The notes under the pieces are model-generated. The model was not told the origin of the DNA and ran no database searches. It saw only the letters and a list, made by a program, of their open reading frames with translations. Both the position numbers and the translations under genes were made by a program. Below, piece after piece: positions 48,171 through 55,843 of a stretch of 64,000 bases of DNA (the stretch's first letter is position 1; the number at the start of each line of letters is the position of its first letter). The stretch comes from an uncultured Bacteroidales bacterium (GTDB lineage Bacteria; Bacteroidota; Bacteroidia; Bacteroidales; Paludibacteraceae): contig CACZRD010000054.1 of NCBI GenBank assembly GCA_902783545.1, positions 2,171 through 66,170 on the forward strand. The letters run 5' to 3'.

Positions 48171-51100
48171 TTATTTAACCGTCACACCTGTCACGTCGTA
48201 CATCTGACCGTTGCGGATGATGAATACGTGATCGTTGATGACAATCTTGCGGACTGCGGACTGCTGACCTCTGCCAGTTGACAGATCAATACCCGTCGCC
48301 ACATGGTGTATCGGCGTGCGGCTGATGATGAACCGTGCCACCATATCCTCATCCGAAGCCATGAACATATAACGACTCTCTGAGCTGATCAGCGTCGATG
48401 TCTGCTCACGGAGGTCATTCAGATACCACGTGTTCTCGCCGTTGTACTCGAACGTGAAGGTATAGACGTCGTCCTCTGTACCTTTGCGGAACCCGAGCAC
48501 CGTGCCTTCCCAATCCGGTACGCAGTTCACTGCCATCTCGCCATCCGGCGTGATAGCGTAGAGTTGCGGTGCATAACTCTCGCCGAACAGCTTGCGACCG
48601 TCCCAGCCGTTCTCAAAGCCTTCGGTGAAATCCTCGCGCTCCCACATGTAGAGCATATCGCCGTAACCGTCTTCCGTACGTACGAACAGTCGCATCTTAT
48701 CCGCCTCGTCTTCCGATGCACCGGCACGCTTCGGAGCTTTGTTTGGTGTTGGCGTTGTACCTGCCAAAGCCGGAGCATATACGATTCTGTTGTAGTCCAG
48801 AGTTACCGAAGCAGTGTTGCCGGTAGTGAATACCGAGAACGACTGCATGGCGGGGATTAAGTCTGTCTCCTCACAGGTTCCTACGGTAGTTGTAATATAG
48901 TTACCGGCAAAACCTTCCTCTAAATAGGATGTACTATCCGTGGATTTGAAGATATAGATCGTTGCGTCTGCGTTGACGAAGTCGGTTGTCTGCATCGCTT
49001 TGATCTTAATCGGAGCCATCCATGAGTTAGCGAGCAGGTTCTCGTTGTTACCGTTGGCAGCGCCCGAACCGCTCTCCCAGTTCAGACCCGAGCACGTGTG
49101 GTTCTCGCTGGAAACGAGTGTTCCCTGCATCCAGTACGTGTGACCTGCGTCATTACCCCACGCATCAGCCGAGAATACGCAGTAGCCCTTGAACGGAGTC
49201 ATGCCATCGCCTTCATGCATGAGCTCCCAACCAATGACTTTATTATCGTAAACGATTTTATATACCCACGAGTTGTACCAGTTGTACAGGATGTTCGTCT
49301 CGTCGTTGAACGGCGTGCCGACATACTGGGCAACCGATGTTTCATTTTTCTTACCGGTTGACTTCGTGTAGAAGTTCACGGTTGCCTTGTTCTTGCCGTC
49401 GTGGCTACCCATGACGAGTGCACCCAGTCCGGCACCCGATGTCGAATTGAAGACTATATCATTCTCGCCTGTAGCGGTATAAGTGCTGCCGTTGGTGGTC
49501 TTGCATACCGTTCTGGAAACAACGAGTTCCTTGCCAGCATCCAGAATCAGTTGACCGGTGTTGCCGCTGTGCTGGTCAAGAACAACATCTGCTGCTTTCG
49601 CGTTCGTCACGTTTACTGCAACCGGTTTCTTGATTACCGCGCGATCAGCTATCGTCGGCAGACCGGCTCCACGACCTGTTGCGCCAATCCAATTGGTTGC
49701 TGTTCCCCAATTGCCATTCGTCTTGGCATCGTACAATACCACATCCGGACAAGTGTAACGTTTAACACGAACCCAGAAGATATCGTGGTTCTGTCCAACA
49801 TTGCCATTACGCATAATGAGCACTTTGTTATTGGTATTAAAACTTGCTGCTAATGCGCTAGTCAACGGGATTTCTATATCTACTGTTTGACTTGTAGTCA
49901 AATCTGTTTTTGACCAAACGGCATTACTTGTCGTCAAATCAGTACTATAGTCCGTATTGTGAATATATATGTACGATTGTTTTGTATATATCCTATAGAC
50001 TATTGTGTCGTTTTCTTTGAACGTATAGCCATTAGCTAAACCAAATAGCAAGTATTTGCCACTTCCTGTTAATTTGTAACATCCTGCCGGATCTTTATCG
50101 TCTTTTGGGCCCAAAACCACCGTTGCAGTTGCATTGGTTTTGTCCGCTTTCGTAGCTGAAGTTAAATCAACTTTAGCAATATAATTACTACCGCAATCCA
50201 TAGTTTTTACGGTAATATTGCATGAAACTGTATTTCCGCAGTGCGTACCATCCGCATCTATGGTTGCAGTAATAGTAGTTGTACCGTGTGCAACAGCAGT
50301 TACCACACCCGTGGACTCATTCACCGTTGCCGCATCTGTGTTACTGGAGCTATACGTTACACTTCCTGTGCTACCGTCCTTATTCAAGGTCGGAGTAGCC
50401 ACAGATTCACCTACCCAAATAGTTGTGTTATCATACGTCAGCGTCGGAGTGATAGGTGTACAATCTGCACAACCGGCTACAGAGATGGTGTTAAGCATCA
50501 CTTGGTCGGTACTTGCAACACGGCGAATTGTGAAACTGCTTGTTCCTTCTATGCCGTCGCCATCAGTTACTACATAACGCTGAGATATGCTGTTATTGGA
50601 GGTACTTGAAACAACGGTGGCAGGAGACATACTATTGCCGCTGACTTTCAAGCCATTCGTATGCGACGATGAAGATGCTGTTCCATAACTACCGATAACG
50701 ATGACCGTTCCTTCCTGCAACATGCCGCCAGAAAGATTAACTGTCAGCTCGTCATTATCATTATTAAATATCAAACCTTTGGCATTACCATTCAGACCCG
50801 CGGCATCCGTTCCGGTGTAAGTCAGCGTACCGCCTGTGATAGTACCGTTAATCATGCCACCAGCCGTAATAACTGTTCCGGCAGGCTGTCCGTCCGGCAT
50901 CGTTTTCTTCGACGCATCCGATACATTGAAGCACGGACTGCCCCAGGCGGCATAGAGGGTTGTCGCAGTTGAAGGCATCGTATAGGTTGCACCCGGTTGG
51001 TACATAGTGCCCGTACCGCTGCTGTTGGTATTCCATCCAAGGAATACATATCCGCTACGCGTCGGGATAGTACTGCTCAGCGTCGTACTACCCGGAGCGA

Positions 51101-53681
51101 CATACGATGAACCCGGTGCATCGCTTCCGCTGTTAGCGTTGTAACTTAACAGATGCTTGTTATCCACCGTCACGGTGATCATATTAGAATAAACTGGGTC
51201 ACCGCAGGTACCACTAACCTTCACCTTATAATAATACGTACCTGTGGACTTGGATGTTGTATAGGTAGTACTTGTCGCACCGGCTATCTCCGCTTCACCT
51301 GCACCGCCGGAACTCGTGTAACTGTACCACTTATAAGTCAGGCTTGCACCGGAAGCAACGAGATTCGTTCCAACGGTGAAACTCACGCCGTCATGTCCGG
51401 TAACACTCGTCGTTGGCTGTGTAGTTATCGTCGTCCCTGCATAAACGGTTGCGCTCTTGCTCGGCGTGCTTGCTGAATTGCTCCACTCGCCACAAGCGGT
51501 GTTTTTTGCACGCAGATACATGGTATAAGTGCCTGCGGAGGTAGATGTCGTATAATTACTGGAGGCTGGATAAGTGGTGCTTGTACCGTTTGCTGCCGTT
51601 TGCCAGTACCATGTGACGTAACTCGGCAGACCGGCTGTATTAGCACTGAACGTAACACCTGTTCCCGCACAACTCGAACTCGGCGTCACAGTGATCTTCG
51701 CTGCTGTCGGAGCGTCAGGAGTGATACAGTTCCATACTGCGAACAGTTCTGTATCGGCTGATATTGTGATGTCATCTCCTGCCTCATAATCCACTGTTCC
51801 GGATGACGCACGACTTGAACTTGTTGCCCAACCGGCAAACGTGTAACCGGTTCGCGTCGGCTCTGTAGCCGATATATATATCCTACGATGACTATCATCG
51901 CCTTCCGAAGCTACATATACTGCTGCCGGAGCGCCGCTACCGCTATTCGCATTATATGACAGCGTGTAAACCGGAACAAAGTGACAGCGCCAGTTGTCAT
52001 AACCGGTAGCATCTTGCCACATTCGGAAGAATCCTTTCGCACCGGCAGACAGCGTACTTACATTGCCGCCCCATGTATCCGTTGTTTTGTTATACGTACC
52101 CATCGAACCGACAGTCAGCGTATTACTCTTATACCAATACGCCACACCATCATCGGCTTTCAAGATTCCCACATAGTATTTATACGAAGATATCTGCTCA
52201 CTCGTCAAAGTTACCACCTCAGAAGTCCACTCGTTTTCATATCCCGAAGGATAGAATTTGACAGGACTCCAAGAAGAGCCATCCTTTCCCCAAATGAGAG
52301 AATACTGCTTCGGAGTAAACTCGATATAGAGGTTGTTGTATGTCGAATTATCATACACAAAGAATCGTGCCAATACACCTTGCGAACCGGTTCCTAACTT
52401 GACACTACGGTTACCTTTCAAGCATAAGTCCTCTAATCGCTCATTGGCAGAACTTGCACCGCTATTTCCTAAATCTCCGGTTTTCCACGAACCACCTTTA
52501 CCAACCCAGAAATTATTTGTACTTGTTTTGTAATTCGGAACCTCTAAATCCAATATTTGCATATCATCATAACCGGAATACGTAAAGTACTTCATCTGGT
52601 CACTCACGTTCAGGTTGTACATACTGATACAGTACGAACCACTGGTAGAAGCCGTGATCCATTGGGCATAGAGTGTGGTGTTAGCACTCAATGTAAATGA
52701 TTCCCACTCTTTATATTCCGTTCCACTACCATTAGCTTTTGTATTCCAGCACTTAAATATCTTGCCGGAAGGAGGAGTGAACGAGGTGTTTTGACTTGCA
52801 TGCACCGTTGTCTCGGAAATAAAGTCATGCGACGGCATACTGCCCGAACCACCATTCGCGTCATACGAAAGGGTGTACCAAGTCGGTGCAGCATTCACGG
52901 TCGTAAATGTACTACCCGTCAATGCTTTCCACGGACTTTTCTCTGTACTACTATATTTGCTACGCACCCAGCAGTAATAAGTTGTTCCATCGCTTAAACT
53001 TGTCAGCGTAGGCGTTTTACTCGTGAATGTTGCTGTTGCCGTTGAACTGGAAGTCGGGGCAGTACTTGCCGTGTTGTAATAGAACTCATAATTATTAGTA
53101 TTACCTCCGTCAGTTACCGTCATTGGGCAAGTCGTTTCTGTAGCAGTTCCTTTTGTCAACGCTGTCGGAGCGGTATAAACCTTAATGCTATTTACCCAGG
53201 TTTCCTTACCATCTTTCTCTATTCGCACATAGCGATATAGTGTGGAATTAAAAGTAACAGTTACAGTACTATACTTGTCATTTCCCAAAACATATATATT
53301 GTCTGTGCTTGTGCTAGTTGTACCTGTTCCTCCACTCACAGTAACACCAGATGACAATGTTGAATATGTTGAGCCATCAGTTGAGACAGTTACATTACAC
53401 GATTGAGTTGAACTTCCTGAGGAATTATAACACGCCGTAAAGACAATTTTGTAAATATTAGCCGTCGTACTTGTAATAGATGTCGGTTTTGAATCGACTT
53501 TCCATACTTTCGTACTTGCGGTACCGTTGAATGTTTTGCTTTGGATACTATTACTGGATGAAACAGTAATGTTATTTGTAGTAATAGAATTAGACGAAGG
53601 ACTTGTTATATTAAACGTCTGTCCCCACACTTGCCCTAAACCGAGGAAGAGAAGAATTGTTGCAAAAAATATTTTTTTCAT
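48171..53681 (-). CDS. Giant secreted multi-domain protein. It has three Listeria-Bacteroides-type repeats, Ig-like and Big_2-like domains, several beta-sandwich modules and the short shared tail. No catalytic motif was recognised.
   Basis: 1836 aa with an SPI signal (LGLGQVWGQT). Repeats: YTLSYDANGGSGSMPS, YTLSYNANSGSGAPAA and LLSYNANSGSDAPGSS. Big_2-like segment: ATVNESTGVVTAVAHGTTTITATI. Tail: KIVINDHVFIIRNGQMYDVTGVTVK. Confidence 0.8.
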   Translation of the reverse strand: MKKIFFATILLFLGLGQVWGQTFNITSPSSNSITTNNITVSSSNSIQSKTFNGTASTKVWKVDSKPTSITSTTANIYKIVFTACYNSSGSSTQSCNVTVSTDGSTYSTLSSGVTVSGGTGTTSTSTDNIYVLGNDKYSTVTVTFNSTLYRYVRIEKDGKETWVNSIKVYTAPTALTKGTATETTCPMTVTDGGNTNNYEFYYNTASTAPTSSSTATATFTSKTPTLTSLSDGTTYYCWVRSKYSSTEKSPWKALTGSTFTTVNAAPTWYTLSYDANGGSGSMPSHDFISETTVHASQNTSFTPPSGKIFKCWNTKANGSGTEYKEWESFTLSANTTLYAQWITASTSGSYCISMYNLNVSDQMKYFTYSGYDDMQILDLEVPNYKTSTNNFWVGKGGSWKTGDLGNSGASSANERLEDLCLKGNRSVKLGTGSQGVLARFFVYDNSTYNNLYIEFTPKQYSLIWGKDGSSWSPVKFYPSGYENEWTSEVVTLTSEQISSYKYYVGILKADDGVAYWYKSNTLTVGSMGTYNKTTDTWGGNVSTLSAGAKGFFRMWQDATGYDNWRCHFVPVYTLSYNANSGSGAPAAVYVASEGDDSHRRIYISATEPTRTGYTFAGWATSSSRASSGTVDYEAGDDITISADTELFAVWNCITPDAPTAAKITVTPSSSCAGTGVTFSANTAGLPSYVTWYWQTAANGTSTTYPASSNYTTSTSAGTYTMYLRAKNTACGEWSNSASTPSKSATVYAGTTITTQPTTSVTGHDGVSFTVGTNLVASGASLTYKWYSYTSSGGAGEAEIAGATSTTYTTSKSTGTYYYKVKVSGTCGDPVYSNMITVTVDNKHLLSYNANSGSDAPGSSYVAPGSTTLSSTIPTRSGYVFLGWNTNSSGTGTMYQPGATYTMPSTATTLYAAWGSPCFNVSDASKKTMPDGQPAGTVITAGGMINGTITGGTLTYTGTDAAGLNGNAKGLIFNNDNDELTVNLSGGMLQEGTVIVIGSYGTASSSSHTNGLKVSGNSMSPATVVSSTSNNSISQRYVVTDGDGIEGTSSFTIRRVASTDQVMLNTISVAGCADCTPITPTLTYDNTTIWVGESVATPTLNKDGSTGSVTYSSSNTDAATVNESTGVVTAVAHGTTTITATIDADGTHCGNTVSCNITVKTMDCGSNYIAKVDLTSATKADKTNATATVVLGPKDDKDPAGCYKLTGSGKYLLFGLANGYTFKENDTIVYRIYTKQSYIYIHNTDYSTDLTTSNAVWSKTDLTTSQTVDIEIPLTSALAASFNTNNKVLIMRNGNVGQNHDIFWVRVKRYTCPDVVLYDAKTNGNWGTATNWIGATGRGAGLPTIADRAVIKKPVAVNVTNAKAADVVLDQHSGNTGQLILDAGKELVVSRTVCKTTNGSTYTATGENDIVFNSTSGAGLGALVMGSHDGKNKATVNFYTKSTGKKNETSVAQYVGTPFNDETNILYNWYNSWVYKIVYDNKVIGWELMHEGDGMTPFKGYCVFSADAWGNDAGHTYWMQGTLVSSENHTCSGLNWESGSGAANGNNENLLANSWMAPIKIKAMQTTDFVNADATIYIFKSTDSTSYLEEGFAGNYITTTVGTCEETDLIPAMQSFSVFTTGNTASVTLDYNRIVYAPALAGTTPTPNKAPKRAGASEDEADKMRLFVRTEDGYGDMLYMWEREDFTEGFENGWDGRKLFGESYAPQLYAITPDGEMAVNCVPDWEGTVLGFRKGTEDDVYTFTFEYNGENTWYLNDLREQTSTLISSESRYMFMASDEDMVARFIISRTPIHHVATGIDLSTGRGQQSAVRKIVINDHVFIIRNGQMYDVTGVTVK

Positions 53682-53698
53682 GATAGTTATGTGTTACG

Positions 53699-53735
53699 TA
53701 ATTCGATCAGCAGTTACTTAATTCGATCAGCAGTT
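53699..53735. repeat. Direct repeat of a 17-mer (TAATTCGATCAGCAGTT x2, 20-bp register) just upstream of the giant gene start
   Basis: Read directly at 53699-53715 and 53719-53735. Confidence 0.8.
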
Positions 53736-53806
53736 TTACTTAACCTCGCAGCCGAGGGCGTTACTGGTTGTGCCGTTGCGAGTGATGCAGTTGGCCACCG
53801 AGGGCG

Positions 53807-55669
53807 TTAGAACTTGTTGAAACGCAGCGCGCCGTCCGTGCTGACAGCGATATACGTGCCGGCAGGCAGATGATCAACAGCGATTGTCTCGCGGGTGGTT
53901 GTACCTGCGCAAGCGCCGCTGATAGCGTATACACGGATCACTTTGCGTGCGGGGTTATACAGAACATTGCCGCGGAACGACAGCGTGTTGTCGGTAACCA
54001 TAGCCGTTGATGTGATCGTTGAAGAATGATCATCGATGCCGAAGATGCTCTGGAGCGAACTTGTATAGTTCACAATGAGGTTCGACAACTCAGTGCTGAT
54101 ATTGTAGTCGGCGGGAGCGAAGTTAGCGAGGCTGAAATCAATATCGCTGTGGAACATACGACCTGCGCCATGCGTGCCGGTCACGATCTCAGGGATATTA
54201 TTGGGATCATCGGGCGTGATTGCCGGCATCACAGACGAATTGGTATCGAAGTTGTCATATTTCGAACCACCAAGCTTGGCGGTTACGTTTGACGGCACTT
54301 GCTCGTCACGAGTCTGTGCCAGATAAGCATCGAAATGAACCGGATTCTTGTCCGCATCATAATACGACATCTCGATAGTACGTGTTCCGGCATAGACATT
54401 ATTGAACGCTTTGATAATGCCACCGTTTTCTTTCGAGAATGTCGGAGCATCGCTTTCGTCCGTACCGTTCTTAGTGTCCGTACCTTGCATCGAAATCAGC
54501 ATCGGATGCGAGCAGTTGAGGAAGTAGTTATTCTCTACAAATACCGACGAACCGGTTGTGGCACCTACGCAGTATTTAGCTACGCCATCGAAATAGTTAT
54601 TGAATACGTGCACCGACATCGTACGAACACGCGGATGACGGGAGTCGGAGTGGTCGAACCAGTTGTGGTGATAGGTGATATAGTTGGGACCACTCTCACT
54701 CTTCATACCGCACAGATGCGACTTGCCGGTATCCCAGAGGTGGCAATACGAAACCGTTACATATTTCGAATCGCTCTTCACATCAATAGCACCATCGCCT
54801 TTGGCCTTATCTCCACTACCCTTCTTGCCATAGAACACATCCAAGTGATGCAACCAGATATTGCTGTTATCGGTATCGAGCGAAACGCCATCGTCCATGC
54901 AGGACATGATAGCCAGATTGCGGATCTCTACACTCTTACTGTTACGAACCAAGAATCCGAATCCACGAATCGTTGCATCGTTACCAACGCCCTCGATAGT
55001 CATATTCAGCACGGCATCGGCATTCTTACCTTTGATCTGTACACCTTCCGCCGAACTGCCGAACTCATCCATATCGCTTGCCTGCAGCAGACCCAGGATA
55101 CGAACGTCCAACGGACGCGTCTCATTGCCCTTCTGATAGCCGGTAATGATAGCCTGAATACCTGTACAAGTAGTCTTGGGCTTGCCTGATTTCTCTACTT
55201 GAATATCCATCGAGATAGTCTTGGCGTTACCCTTGTGAACATACAGCACGATCGTGCCGTCCTTCAACATACCATTGTCCTTGTACGCACCTACGCCCTG
55301 AGTCCAGTTGCTATGCGCAAAACCACGCCGGTCGTGAGCACGAACAGTGAGAATATCGGTCTCACTGGCTTCGCTTTCCACATCAGCATTGTCCTTGACA
55401 GGCACAACCTTCAGCTGATACTTGCCGGCGTAAAGACCTAATGCGTCAGCGCGGCAATAGTCGCCGTAGCTACGCAGCAATGGCTTGTCAAGCACGGTAT
55501 AGCTGCCGCCCTCGGGACGGACATATACGTTGTAATCCGAATAACCGCTCAGAGCTGTCCACTCAACGAAAGCACTCTCCAACCAGCCCTCAGCACTCTT
55601 GATTTGTACTGCGGCATTAGCACTCAGACAAGAAAAGAAGATAATGGTAAACACCAAGAATTTTTTCAT
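53807..55669 (-). CDS. PL1 pectate lyase with an N-terminal Fn3-like domain and a longer C-terminal region resembling a T9SS-type sorting domain
   Basis: 620 aa with motifs IWLHHLDVFYG, DGAIDVK and SRHPRVR. The C-terminus is ...VIRVYAISGACAGTTTRETIAVDHLPAGTYIAVSTDGALRFNKF. Confidence 0.8.
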   Translation of the reverse strand: MKKFLVFTIIFFSCLSANAAVQIKSAEGWLESAFVEWTALSGYSDYNVYVRPEGGSYTVLDKPLLRSYGDYCRADALGLYAGKYQLKVVPVKDNADVESEASETDILTVRAHDRRGFAHSNWTQGVGAYKDNGMLKDGTIVLYVHKGNAKTISMDIQVEKSGKPKTTCTGIQAIITGYQKGNETRPLDVRILGLLQASDMDEFGSSAEGVQIKGKNADAVLNMTIEGVGNDATIRGFGFLVRNSKSVEIRNLAIMSCMDDGVSLDTDNSNIWLHHLDVFYGKKGSGDKAKGDGAIDVKSDSKYVTVSYCHLWDTGKSHLCGMKSESGPNYITYHHNWFDHSDSRHPRVRTMSVHVFNNYFDGVAKYCVGATTGSSVFVENNYFLNCSHPMLISMQGTDTKNGTDESDAPTFSKENGGIIKAFNNVYAGTRTIEMSYYDADKNPVHFDAYLAQTRDEQVPSNVTAKLGGSKYDNFDTNSSVMPAITPDDPNNIPEIVTGTHGAGRMFHSDIDFSLANFAPADYNISTELSNLIVNYTSSLQSIFGIDDHSSTITSTAMVTDNTLSFRGNVLYNPARKVIRVYAISGACAGTTTRETIAVDHLPAGTYIAVSTDGALRFNKF

Positions 55670-55710
55670 GATATAAAAATTTTAGTTTGATTTGTTTGCA
55701 AATTTGGGCG

Positions 55711-55757
55711 CAAAATTACAAATTTTATTTCATAAAATAGTGTAAAATCTGGTCAAA
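55711..55757 (-). promoter_or_regulatory. Promoter of the PL1-giant gene unit, with a -7 box (TAATTTTG, 55711-55718) and the motif TTTGACCAGATTTTACAC (55740-55757) 21 nt upstream of it
   Basis: The motif family and the 21-nt spacing match the 65-bp repeat promoters at 43.6 and 44.5 kb. Confidence 0.6.
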
Positions 55758-55812
55758 TAGGTGCAAAAACAAAAAAGTTGGCGAATTTTTTGCATTTATG
55801 AATATTTTTTCG

Positions 55813-55820
55813 TACCTTTG
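55813..55820 (+). promoter_or_regulatory. -7 box (TACCTTTG) for the divergent regulator gene
   Basis: Matches TAnnTTTG 23 nt upstream of ATG 55844. Confidence 0.55.
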
Positions 55821-55843
55821 TAGCAGAAATTTATCGCACCACT

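Noticed and set aside
12531-55669. The whole pectin region was considered as a horizontally acquired island or integrative element.
   Set aside because: There are no integrase, transposase, tRNA or direct-repeat boundaries within the region. The flanks run directly into housekeeping genes (uvrA, trkH). Only module-level composition shifts were seen inside the giant gene.
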